Source: Paraspadella gotoi
Lineage: Eukaryota; Animalia; Chaetognatha
Reading direction: 5' to 3'
DNA: 64,000 nucleotides
Assembly: GCA_051294375.1 (NCBI GenBank)
Contig: CM119266.1
Location: 6,217,431 to 6,281,430, forward strand
Shown here: positions 1 through 13,329 of the stretch, piece by piece
How the letters are laid out: every line of letters begins with the position of its first letter
Position numbering within the stretch: position 1 is the first letter of the stretch
Translations under genes and position numbers: made by a program
Notes under the pieces: model-generated
What the model saw: the letters and a program-made list of their open reading frames with translations, nothing else
What the model was told of the DNA's origin: nothing
The model's database searches: none

Positions 1-3000
1 AATCCAGATTTAATCTTTTAAAACCCCAATAACAAATTGTTATCTTATTGAGTTTTTAATGTTAACTTTAAATTAAAGTTTAATCTGCTTATGTCAGAGG
101 CCAGATGGGGGAAGGTTCATTCGAAAGGGGAAAGAAAAGGGAAAATTAGGATAAAAAAAAAATATACATATATAAATTCAAAATTATTTTAAAGATGAGA
201 AAAAAAACAAACCCCCTCTGCCTTCTCCTACCTCTCACCCTCTCCCTCCCCTTCTTCCCCCTCTTCCTCTCCCCTCTCCCTCCCCACAACCCCCTCTCCC
301 CTCCTACCCTCTCCCCTCTCCCTCCCCCTCTTCCCCCCTCTTCCTCTCCCCCTCTTCCCTCCCCACAACCCCCTCTCCCTCTCCTACCTCTCCCCTCTCC
401 CTCCCCCTTATTCCCGCTTCCCTCGCATGTCTCTCCTCCTCCCTCTCCCCTCCTCCCTTCCACCCCTCCCCCTCTTTCCTCTCCCCTAGCCTCCCCTCCT
501 CACACACCCCTCCCTTCTTCCTCTCCCTCTCCTCTTCCTGCCCCCTCTCCCTCCTACTGCTCCCCCTCCCCCTTCTTCCTCTCCCCCTCCTCCCTTCCCC
601 ACAATCCCCTCTCCCTTCCCCTCCCCCCCTCCTGCCTCCCCTCCCTCTCCCTCTCCTCCCTCTTTCCTTTCCCTTCCCCCCCACTCTGGTTCAAGACCCT
701 GTTTAAAGTCGCATGGGACTGACTTTCCTAAAAAAGTCGAATTCTGGCAGGGATAGATGGTGAACTACGATTGGTTTCCGACAGTTATTTAATCCCAAAA
801 ATAAATTGTTAAGATTTCTTCAACCTATTCTTTTTCTAGAACCTAACCTATCTATTTACATTGTCCTTAACCGAGTGTAAATTATTTTTTTTAACTTGAT
901 ATCGTGTTCCCTTAACCAATTAATATTTTATTATAGTATGGCGATGGAAAGCTGCTTTCCTGCCTATAACCTTACACCAAAGCGTCAGAGCCTTTGAGAA
1001 AGGTTTTGTTTGTACGATGGTGCGTTTTCCTATACATTACCCCACCTAAAAAATTTTCTCCTCAAAATTCATAAAAAGTGCGTTTTTTTGAATTTCAAAG
1101 TGCTCGTTTAATCAGTAATCTGGAGGGATTTTTACAATTAGTTTTAAATGTTAGATTATGTCTCATTTACCTTGTATTAATGCGAAATTAAGCCATTATT
1201 ATTTTTATAGGAGGATGTGGATTTTCTCATTGAAGAGCTCTCTTATTGCAGGAATTATTTTTTATTTTCTACATAAATTAACTAGAAAAAAAGTAGAAAA
1301 CATTCCTCATTCTTTCAATTACTCGTTTAACCAGCGGTTTTTTAAATGACCAGGCATATTGGTACTTTTTATCCCACTAGAAAAAATGTTCCTAGATCAT
1401 CGGTTACTTAGCGATTTTTTAGCGATTTTATTTTAAATGAGATATAAGATTTCCATCAGGTTTGTTAAACTCGTAAAAAGTATATAAAGGAAGGATACGG
1501 GGAAATCTGAAACTCTATTTTTTTGTACGAAAAATTTGAAAAGAAGGGAAGACGAGGAGAAGAAAAAAAAGTAAAGGGAAGAAAGAGAGAGGAGGAGAGA
1601 GAGATGAGGAAAGAGAGAAAAAGAGAGAAAAGAAGAACTCGTGCCTGATAGAAAGCTGAGAGAGCTCGTGAGAGAGAGGAGAGAGAGAGAGTGAGTAAGA
1701 TAGAAAGAAAAGAAAAGAAAGAGTTAGTACGTGAGAGAAGAGAAAAGATTATTGGAAGGAAACAAATATATATAAAACGAAGTTCGGCTCTGCCAGCGGC
1801 GGTCCAGCGGTTGTGCAGTCTTCTCTCTATCTCTCTCTCTCTCTTTCTCCTCTCTCTCTCTGATTATTTTTTCCTTATTAAAAAACTTTTATTATCGCCA
1901 TTTATGTCCGCGCTTTCTCTCTTGACCTGGATTTTTTCGTGGCCTTGCGGGGGCCAATGAGTAAACAATGTCGAGGAACATGACCTAATAACGCGGTTCG
2001 ATGGCAACGGAAACGTACAAGTATTATAAAACAAGTTTGAGCAAACAATGTCGGACGGCCCACGATTTTTTTCATTATCCGGTAATTAATGAATTAATTT
2101 AATAATTAATTTTAATAATTAATTCAAATTTATTCAATAATAATAATTAATTTATTCATGTTAATTATTTATTAATTAGGCAATTAATTTATTAATTTGA
2201 TCCGAAATGTGTTATAATTTGACTTAATTAATATTGATTGATTAATTTCACTAATTGATTAATAACCTAAATAATTATTGTATTAATTAATACATCTTGG
2301 ATTACATTTAAATAGAAACAAAAGCATAGTCAATTATTGAAAAAGGTTTCTTTGTTTTTCCATTTAAACTCATTTCCACTCAAACGATTCCATCGAAACT
2401 TGATTTTCGGTTTAATCACAATTTTCCTAACCCAAACACAAAATTTCAAGTCAATCGCCTCATCCAGTCATAGTTAAAACCAACGTGGTAAAAGTCCATG
2501 GTCTGGTTTAACAACATTGAAATTTATATTTAAAAAGAAACTTAAAAGGAAGGTTGAGAGAAAAACTGATTTTCCTAATATCTTTTTGAAGGAACAAAGA
2601 TTTCAGGATGGCAATATACCAAATGAAGCCAATAATCAATTGGGCACATACAAGTTACCAATTTTTAGAATTATTTTTGCTGAAACCTCTTTACAGGGTG
2701 AAGTGTCAAACTTAAGTCAAAATGTATAATGAATTTTAAAACTAATGAACCCCATAAAAATAAGGATGAAATTAAATTCTTTTTAGTTGATTATGAAAGA
2801 AAAAAGCGCCCAAATTGTACTCTAAGTAAAACTTTAAACGATTCTTTGATAAAGAAAATATTTTTTTTCACTTAAATATTTGCTTGACTGATATTACAAG
2901 CAGCTTACAGAAATTGTAACAATATTATTCACATCCATCGACAGCCCTAAGTATTTATCTTTCTTTTCCCGCAAAAAGTAAACATAATTTATCGTTAGAG

Positions 3001-3873
3001 AACAGGGATGTTTATTGAAATGAGCTGGAAGACGTTCAACATCCTTCACTTTAATGTCATTTTTCAATAATAAAATAAGCGAATTTTTTTATCTATTTTA
3101 ACTCTCACAGCTTCACAAGACATTATATTTTCATTAATATCCCAATGTTAATATAATTTATTATATTTTTTTTAACTAACGGAATTAAAGTTGGTAAAGA
3201 GGAAGTTCAGAATGGCCGAAAATCTTTAAAAAGGTGAAAATGTTGAAAAAAGGGAGAGGAATTTTGCTTGTTTTTTGCCGTCGATTTCTTCTAAACCCAT
3301 GGGCCAAACTTTAGACGTAACTTAAGATTTACATTATTCAGTCATTCTCTATCAAAAATATAAAAATATTATGAAAAAAGGTTTGGGATCGAGTTTAGGT
3401 ATTTGGTTCAAGCAAATGCGCTTCTACGTAAGTTATTGATTGACGATTGGAAGAAGAGAAACCGACACAACAACAAAGAAGAAAACGATTAAAACGACGC
3501 ATTAGATGACGACGAAGACGACGTCGAAGACACGACGAAAAATGACGACGGACAAGACGACAAAAAGCAATATGAAATATACAATAATAAAATCATTTGC
3601 ATATTGCAAGAATCAAAAACCCATTAAAAAGTACAAATTTGATTTTTTTTTCATTTGTGGTTATTAAACGGTATTTTAAAAATTCTATGAAAATATTTAG
3701 TATAAATCTTTTTTTAAAACAAATTAACATTCAAAAGAAAAGAATTATTCCTATAAAATCATTCTTCTAAGAAAAAATTTAAAATTGGCTTGTGGTAACA
3801 TATATCTTCTTGCTAATAAATTAAAACCAGATAAAAATAAGCGTGGTGGGTGGCGATGGTGCCTCGAGCAAAA

Positions 3874-6800
3874 TGGCCAGGCAATGAGGAGTTAGGGAAT
3901 TTTGCAGGGTGGGTGCTTATAAATTCGAGCCTCTGTGGTATATAGTATCATATACTTGAATTGGCAGGGCGAATGAGGAGTTAGGAATTTGCAGGGTGCG
4001 TGCTGTATAATTCGAGCCTCTGTGTTATATATATATATACTTGCATTGCATGGCGAATGAGGAATGTTAGGAATTTTGCAGCGGTGGGCTTATTAATTCG
4101 AGCCTCGTGTATATATATATATACTTGATTGGCAGGGCGAATGAGGAGTTAGGGAATTTGCAGGTGGTGCTTATAATTCGAAGCCCTGTGTATATATACT
4201 ATATACTTGATTGGCAGCGCAGGCGAATGAGAGTTTAGGGATTTTGCAGCGTGATGCTTATAATTCGAGCCTCTGTGTATATATATATTATACTTGATTG
4301 GCAGGGAGTGCGAATGAGGAGTTAGGAATTGCAGTGCGTGCTTATAATCGAGCCTCTGTGATATATATATATACTTGATTGGCAGGGCGAATGAGGAGTT
4401 AGGAATTTTGCAGTGAGGTGGGGTTATAATTTCGAGCCTCGTGTATATATACTATATACTTGATTGGCAGGGCGAATGCAGAGTTAGGGAATTTTGCAGG
4501 GTTGCTTATAAATTCGAGCCTCTGGTTATATATATATATACTGATTTGGCAGGGCGAATGAGGAGTTAGGGAATTTTGCAGGGTCGGTGCTTTATAATTC
4601 GAGCTCTGTGTAATATATATATACTTGATTGGCAGGCAGCGAATGAGGATTAGGAATTTTGCAGGGTTGGTGGCTTATAATTCGAGCTCTGTGTATATAT
4701 ATATATACTGATTTGGGCAGGGCGAATGAGGAGTTAGGGAATTTTGCAGAGGTGGTGCTTATAATTTCGAGCCTCTGTTATATATATATATAACTTGATT
4801 GAGGGCGAGAATGAGGAGTTAGGGAATTTTGCAGGTGGTGCTTATATTCGAGCCTCTGTATGTAATATATATATATACTTGATTGGCCAGGGCGAATGAG
4901 GAGTAGGGATTTGCAGCGGTCTTGCTTTATTAATTCTAGCCTCTGTGTATTACTATTATATATACTTGATTGGCAGGGCGAATGAGGGAGTTAGGAATTT
5001 TGCAGGGTCGGTGCTTATAATTCGAGCCTCTGTGTATATATATAATATTACTTGATTGGCAGGCAGCGAGATGAGGAGTTAAGGGAATTTTGCCAGGGTG
5101 GTTGCTTATAATTCGCAGCCTCTGTTATATATTAATATATACTTGATGGCAGGGCGAAATGCAGGAGTTAGGAATTTCAGCGGTCGGTGGCTTATAATTC
5201 GAGCTCTGTGTAATATATATATATACTTGATTGGCAGGGCGAATGAGGAGTTAGGGAAATTTTGCCAGGTGTGCGTGCTTATAATTCGAGCCTCTGTGTA
5301 TATCATATATATACTTGATTGGCAGGTGCGAATGAGGAGTTAGGGAATTTTGCAGGGTGGTGCTTATAATTCGGTCCTCTGTGTATTATATATAATACTT
5401 GATTGGCAGGGCGAATGAGGAGTTAGGGAATTTTGCCAGGGTGGTGGCTTATAATTTCGAGCCTCTGTGTATATATATATATACTTGATGGCAGGGCGAA
5501 TGAGGAGTTAGGGAATTTTGCAGTCGGTGCTTATAATTCGAGCCTCTGTGTATTATATATATATACTGATTGCAGGGCGATGAGGAGTTTAGGAATTTTG
5601 CAGGGTGTGCTTAATAACGAGCTCTGTGTTATATATATATATACTTGATGGCAGGGCGAATTAGGAGTTAGAATTTTTGCAGGGTGGTGCTTATAATTTC
5701 GAGCCTCTGGTGTATATATATATATACCTGAATTGCCAGGGGCGAATGAGGAGTTAGCGGATGCATGGGGGTGCTTATAATTCGAGCCTTCGTGTGTATA
5801 TTAATATAGTACTTGATTGGCAGGGCGATGGAGTATTAGGAATTCTGCAGAAGTGGTGCGTTATAATTCGAGCCTCGTGATTAGTATATATATACTTGAT
5901 TGGCAGGGCGAATGGAAGTGTAGGGAATTTTGCAAGAAGGTGGTGCTTATAATTCGAGCCTCATGTGTATAATATATATATTACTTGATGCACGGGCGAA
6001 TGAGAGTTAGGGAATTTGCAGGGTGCTTAATATTCAGCCTCTGTTAGTATATATAATATACTTGATTGGCAGGCCGATATAGAGGAGTTGGAATTTTGCA
6101 GGGTGTGGGCTTATAATTCGCAGCCTTGTGTTATATAGATATACTGATTGGCAGGGCAATAGGATTAGGGAATTTTTGCACGGTGAGGCTTGTATATTCG
6201 CAGCCTCTGTGTTATATATATATATACTTGAATGGCAGGGCGAATGAGGATTAGCGAAATTTTGCCAGGGTTGGTGCTTATAATCGAGCTCCTGTGGTAA
6301 GATATATACTTATACTTGATTGGGCAGGGCGAATGAGGAGTTATGGAATTTTGGCAGGTGTGGTGCCTTATAATTTCAGAGCCTCTGTGTATATATATAT
6401 ATACTTATTGGCAGGGGCGAATGAGGAGTTACGGAATTTTGCGCAGGGTGTGCTTATAATTCGAGCCTCTGATGTATATATATATATTACTTGATTGGCA
6501 GGGCGAAATGGAGTGTTAGGAATTTTGCAGGGTGGTGCTTATAATTACGGAGCCTCTGTTTGTATATATATTATATACTTATTGCGCAGGTGCGAATTGA
6601 GGAAGTTAGGGAATTTTGCAGGGTGGTTGTGCTTATAATTCCGAAGCCTCTGTGATAGTATATTATATACTATTTGATGGCAGGGCGAATGAGGAGTTAG
6701 GAATTTTGCAGGGTGGTGCTTATTAATCGAGCCTCTGTGTATATATATATACTTGATTGGAGGGCGAATGAGGATTTAGGGAATTTTAGAGGGTGGTGCT

Positions 6801-9800
6801 TATAATTCAGCCTCTGTGTATATATATATTAACTTGATTGCAGGTGCGAATGAGGGAGTTAGGGAATTTTGCAGGGTGGTTGCTTATAATTCGAGCCTCT
6901 GTGTATACTATATATATACATTGATTGGCAGGGCGAATGAGGATTAGGGATTTGCAGGGGTGGTGCTTATTATTCGAGCCTCGTGCTATATATATTATAT
7001 ACTTGATTGGCAGGCGCGAATGAGAGTTAGGGAATTTTGCAGGTGCGTGCTTATAATCTACCAGCCTCTGTGTAATAATTAATATACTTGATTGCAGGCC
7101 GCGAAGAAAGGAGTTATGGAATTTCTGGGTGGTGCTTATAATTCGAGGAACCTCGCTGTATATATAATATATTACTGATTGGCAGGGCGAAATGAGGAGT
7201 TAGGGAATTTTGCAGGGTGGTGCTTATAATTCGAGGCCTCCTGTGTATATATATATATACTTGATGGCAAGGCGAATGAGGGAGTTAGGAATTTTGCAGG
7301 TTGGTTGCTTTATAATCGAGCCTCTGTGTATATATATTATATATACTTGATGGCAGGGCGAATGAGGGTTAGGAATTGCAGGTGTGTGCTTATAATTCGA
7401 GCCTCTGTTATATTATATATATGACTTGATTTGGCAGTGCGCGAATAGGAGTTAGGAATTTTGCGGGTGGTGCCTTATAAATTCGACAGCCGCTGTGTAT
7501 ATATATATATACTGGATTGGCAGGCGAATGAGGAGTTCAGGAATTTGCAGGTTGGTGCTATAATTCGCAGCCTCTGTGTGTATATATATATATTACTGAT
7601 TGGCACGGACGAATGAGGAGGTTAGGGAATTTTGCAGGTGGGTGCTTTATAATTCGAGCCTCTGTGCTATATATAATATACTTGATTGGGCAGGGCGAAT
7701 GAGGAGTAGGAAATTTTGCAGGGTGGTGCTTATAATATTCGAGTCCTCTGATGTATAATATATATACTTGATTGGCAGGGCGACATAGGAGGTTAGGGAA
7801 TTTTGCAGGGTGGTGCTTATAACTTCGAGCCTCTTGTATAATATATTATACTTGCATTGCAGGCGATATGAGATGTTAGGGAATTTTGCAGGGTGGTGCT
7901 ATATAATTCAGCTCTGTTGTATATTATATATTACTTGATGGCATGATCCGCCACTCACGCTGGGGTCGATGAAGTTAGTGGAATTTTGCAGCGTGTCGTT
8001 ATAATCGAGCCTCTGCTTATATATATATATACTTGATTGCAGCGAATGAGGAGTTAGGGAATTTTGCAGGCTGGTGCCTTATAATCTCGAGCCTCTGTGT
8101 TATATATATATATACTGATTGACAGGCAGGCGAATGAGGAGCTTAGGGAATTCTTGCAGGGTGGTGCTTATAATTCTTTGAGCCTCTGGTTATATATATA
8201 TATACTTGATTGGCAGGGCGAATGCAGGAGTTAGGAATTTTGCAGGGTGGTGCTTATTATATCGAGCCTCCGTGTTATATATATTATATACGTTGTTGCA
8301 GGGCAATGAGGATAGTAGGGAATTTGCAGGGCGTGGTGCTTATTTAAACGGGAAGCTTTCTGATGTATATATATACTATCTTGATTGCAGGGACAATGAG
8401 GAGTTAGGGAATTTTGCAGGGTAGTGCTTATAATTCGCAGCCTCTGTGATATATATATATACTTATGCAGCGGCAATCGAGGAGTTAGGGAATTTTGCAG
8501 GGTGTGCTTAAATTCGAGCACTCTGTGTAATATATATATTACTGCATTGCAGCCGCGAAGAAGGAGTTAGGGTAATTTTGCGAGGGTTGCTTATAATTCG
8601 TAGCCTCTGTGTATATATATATATACTTGATTGGCATGGCGAATAGGAGTAGGGAATTTGCAGGGTGGGCTTATAATTCGAGCCTCTGTGTATATATATA
8701 ATATACTTGAATTGGCAGGCGCGAATGAGGAGTTAGGGAATTTTGCAGGTGGTGGTGCTTATAATTCGAGCTCTGTGTATATATATATATACTTGATTGG
8801 CAGGCGTAATGAGGAGTTAGGGAATTTGGCAGCGGTGCTGCTTATAATTCGAAGCCCTGTGGTATATATATATATACTTGATTTGCAGGGCGAATGAGGA
8901 GTTAGGGATTTGCAGGTGGGCTTATTAATTCGAGCCTCTGTGCTATATAGTATATATACTGATTGCAGGCGAGAATGAGGAGTTAGGAAATTTTGCAAGC
9001 GGTGGTGCTTATAATTTCGGCCTCTGTGTATATATTATAACTTGATTGGCAGGTAGCGGAATGAGGAGTTAGGGAAATTTTGCAGGGTGGCTTATAATTC
9101 GAGCCTCTGTGTATATATATATATACTTGATTGCAGGCGAGATGAGAGTATAGGAATTTCAGGGTGTGCTTATAATTCGAGCCTCTGTGTATATATATAT
9201 TATACTTGGATTGCAGGGCGAATGAGGAGTTAGGGAATTTTCAGGGCTTGTGCTATAATTCGAGCTCCTCGATGTTATATATTAATATACTTGATTGGCA
9301 GGTGCGAATGGAGGAGTTAGGGAATTTGCAGGGTGCGTGCTTATAATTCGAGCCTCATGGTGATATATATAATATTACTTGATTGGCAGAGCAGCGAAAA
9401 TGAGGCAGTTAGAATTTTGCAGGGTGTGCTTATAATTCGAGCCTCATGTGTATTATAATATATACTTGATGCAGGGCGATATGAGGAGTTAGGAATTTGC
9501 GAGGGTGTTACGTGCTTATAATTCGAGGCCTCGTGTGTATATACATCATATATACTTGATTGGCAAGAGTGCGAATGAGGAGTTAGGGAATTGTGGCGGG
9601 TGGGTGCTTTATAATTCGGAGCCTTCTGTTGTATATATATATATACTTGAATTGGCAGGGCGAAATGAGGATGTTAGGGAATTTGCAGTGGTGGTGCTAT
9701 AATTCGAGCCTTCTGTGTATATATTATATACTTGATTAGGCAGGGCGAAGTGTGAGAGTTAGGAATTTTGCAGTGTGGTGCTTCTATAATTCGTTGAGCC

Positions 9801-10059
9801 TCGTGTGTTATATATATATAATTGATCTGGCAGAGCGAATGAGGAGTTAGGGAAATTTTGCAGGAGGGGTGCTCTATAATTCGAGCCTCTGTGTAATATA
9901 TTATATATACTTGATTGGCAAGGCGCGAATGAGGAGTTAGGGAATTTTGCAGGGTGGTGCTTATTATTCGCAGCCTCGTGTATATATAAGTATACTTGTA
10001 TTGCAGGCGAAGAGGAGTTACGGAATTTTGCGGGTGGTGCTTATAATTTCGAGCCCTGT
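3874..10059. repeat. Tandem satellite array, ~82-bp unit, roughly 75 head-to-tail copies
   Basis: Consensus approx. ttgattggcagggcgaatgaggagttagggaattttgcagggtggtgcttataattcgagcctctgtgtatatatatatatac, repeated in one orientation. Copies differ by scattered 1-2 nt indels, as expected from raw long-read error. Copy number is estimated from span divided by unit length. Confidence 0.97.
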
Positions 10060-10589
10060 GCCCCCTCCGATTACCCATTAAGAGTTCCTCTCGTTTCCTC
10101 TTTCGCGTATTGTCTCTTCTCTTCCGTCAGGCGCCGCCACGTTGCACCGTCCCTGCCGCGCCGCCGCCGCCCCGCACTCCGCCGCCGCCCGCCCGCGCCG
10201 CCGGCCGCCCGCGCCGCCGCCGCTCGCGCGCCGCCCCCGCGGCCGGCCGCCGCCGCCGCCGCCGCGTCTCCCGTCATCTCTCAAATCTGGTCGGTCCGTC
10301 GATCTGGCGGCGATGATCCGCTGTCCGTCTGTCTGTCTGACTCCGTTGGTTCGCGGTTTCTGAACGAACGACGACGACGACGACGAAAAATCCGCGAAAG
10401 ATTTCGATTCGGGTCTAAAATTTAAAAAATATATCACATGTTGTGTCAGTGTAAAACTATTTGTAAAATAATATAGATGATTATCTTTTAAGTCTTTAAA
10501 TCAGTTAGCACTTCACTAACTCTCTTTGACAATATTTCGATGTATTGATACTTATTCATTTATTAATCCTTAATTTATTTTTCTCCTCA

Positions 10590-10591
10590 TT

Positions 10592-10651
<60 letters not shown>

Positions 10652-10667
10652 TCCTTCTTTCCCTCTC

Positions 10668-10728
<61 letters not shown>

Positions 10729-11068
10729 ATCTCTGTCTCAACCTTCGTTACTAGTTTTTCCCCTCAAGGACGTAAACGTTTTTTTATCTCATCTGAAACC
10801 AGAAAAGGCGTCCTTCACCTTAGCGCGACAAACAATATAATATTACTTAATAATACTTATATATCATATTACATTTTTATGGAAAAGACAAAACAGATAA
10901 AACAGATCCAACCAAAAAAACAAAAGTAAAGAGAAAAATAAAGAAAGAAAAAGAAAGAAGAGATAAAAATAAAAGAAGAGATAAAAAGAAAAGAAAAGAA
11001 AAGAAAAGAAAAGAAAAGAAAAGAAAAGAAAAGAAAAGAAAAGAAAAGAAAAGAAAAGAAAAGAAAAG
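10590..11068. repeat. Microsatellite cluster (TTTC)n, (CT)n, (AAAAG)n
   Basis: Directly visible pure simple repeats at ~10590-10650, ~10670-10725 and ~10985-11068. Confidence 0.95.
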
Positions 11069-13329
11069 ATAAAAACCATCTGCGCCATTGATTCGCCAAA
11101 TGTCTGTAACGTCTGAAAGAATAAACAGATTCGACGCGAAAGGAATTCTGTATTTGTTTTAGTAATACGAACGATTTAAACAATTTAAATATTTATTTTC
11201 TCTTGTCTTTTATTTGGTTAAATTATTTTTTTTTTATCTCGCTCCTGACTCCATCACTCTTACAAGATAATTACATAGCAAGCTTTCAATCAAGACTCTC
11301 TCACAATCTCGTTTATTCACTCCCCAAAATTATAAATCATTGGTGGCGCCCACTCCACTCCACACTCCACAATCCACATGGAGTCCACAACGACGTCCAC
11401 AAAATCGACCACAAAGACATTTTTATGTTTTGTCTTTTGTCTTTTTTTGGCGTCGATGTCCTTTTGTTTTCGTCGTCAACCGAAGGTCGAGACGCTCAAG
11501 AATTGCTTGTGCTGTGGTGAAGAGTCATCGCTTTTCAGTGATATGTGCCAGACGATGATGGATTTTTATGTCTGTAGTTTTATTAATCTTTTAGCTTTTA
11601 AGAAAAATAGTGTGACAATAAAAGCTAATTCAGTGTCAAACTGAACGATTTCAGGCCATCAAGAAATAGTTGCGGAGTACGTAAAGAAGTTTGTTGTTAT
11701 TAATGGTTTTCAATTAGTTGTCTGTATACATTTCTTGTCTAAGAGTGTTGTGAAGTAAATATATAAGTATGTTATAGAGGACGAGCACCGTAGCTAGGGG
11801 TCAGCTGTGAGGCAAATGGGCTAGTTAATAAGGTTTAGATATCTGTAGGCTTTGTGGCGTGAATGTTATTCGTTTTATCATTTTGTAAACGATAGGTATA
11901 CTATTTTTTGTCAAATACAAGTAAATTTCTACTGATGCACAGAAAGAATTAGTGACCGTCTGTCCCTAGAAAAATGCGAAACTTGAGTTATGATAACGGA
12001 ACTCCCAACTTCTCTCTCTCTTGTTGTGGCTCCGGCAATTGAAGCTTGAGCTTGTGATCTTGGAGTGAGAAGTCCGAGGGGTATGAGTTCCTTGAATGGT
12101 CACATCTAAAAATGTAAAAAATGAAAACGGAGGAATGAAGGTGTTTAAAAACTGAACTGGAAAAACACGCAGAGCTGCTGGATATCCAAAACGCTTTTTT
12201 TTTCTTTTTTTTTTTTTATTAAAATGCTATGGAATGTAATTTGTAAATCATGGGTAAAATTGCTATTTCGCGGAGAGAGAGAGTAATGTTGTTGTTGTTT
12301 TCAACTCATTCAGAACTCTGAATTCCCACAGAAAACAGCTCAGAGAAGGCGTGAACGGGCCAATCACGAGCGAATTAAAGCGAAGCGAAGTGTAGTTTAG
12401 GACGAGTTTGTAAGAGATTTTGGACGAGTTTTTAGAGTTGGAGGAGTTTTAGAGTGGAACGAGTAGAGACGAAGGGGAAGAGATCCAATTTTGTAACGTA
12501 TTGTCAAAGTGAGGCCCGGCTTGTAGAAGTGTGGTATCCCTTATGATTGGAGCGACGAAAATGAGTTGTAGAAGCGGACGAAACGTTGAAGTTTTGGGGG
12601 CCGTGGAACAGCTCTCCCTCCAACTGGGTTTTCGCATAAGAGGTTTAATGAACGATGAAGGGAGTAGTGCTATCAAGAGGTTGTGACAGGGACCCCTTCG
12701 ATCTTGTCGGGATGAAGCCCTGGCATCTCAATACACTTAAAGCTTCTCTCCGTGCCATCCGAATCTCTCTCGAGTCCCAAAGTCTTGCGCTGTGGTTCAG
12801 AAGTCCTTGGGAGAAACAGCAGAAGTGTTGGCTCATTTAATGGACTGAGAGCATAAGAAAGTGATAAAATGTTGGAATGTAGATCGTTATGAAGGTATAA
12901 AATAGTTAATATCATAGGTCATTTAGGTTTAGTCTGGAATACATCTCTCTCTCCTCTCTGCATACGGTAAGGATTTCGAGGTTACCTTCCCCTCCAAGAT
13001 CACTTTCTTCTTTTTTTGCTTCAACGAGATTCCTTGGTGGGTCTTGTATCGTTCTTAGAGTTTTCTTGTCATTGGAATTATGATTATATTATTACTCCTC
13101 GCGACGATTAGAGAGTGGTGAGGATTATTTATTGACAGTTGCAGGATTATTGAGGGAGTTAGTTATTGTTGTTTTATTGTTTGGGAGAGCCATTGGGAAT
13201 GAGGATTATAGTGAGGGAGGATGGGAGTAGAAGAATGACGGAAGCACGCAGAGGCATAGTAGGGAGCTTAGTGTGTTTGCATGGACTTGTCATCTACTGT
13301 GAGGATAAATATAGAGAGTTAAGATATAG

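Noticed and set aside
146-722. Pro-rich and Gly/Glu/Arg-rich ORFs
   Set aside because: C/T-only low-complexity tract that lacks stops by composition.
3874-10059. CRISPR array, telomere or coding repeat
   Set aside because: No unique spacers, no cas genes, eukaryotic context, only one TTAGGG per unit; the ORFs are translations of noisy repeat units.
10071-10437. Ala/Arg/Pro-rich overlapping ORFs
   Set aside because: GC-only low-complexity patch at the satellite junction; no splice or domain support.
11200-13300. Short ORFs suggesting a gene or transposase fragment; possible sequencing-adapter remnants
   Set aside because: No recognisable motif or consistent exon chain; adapter similarity too weak to claim.
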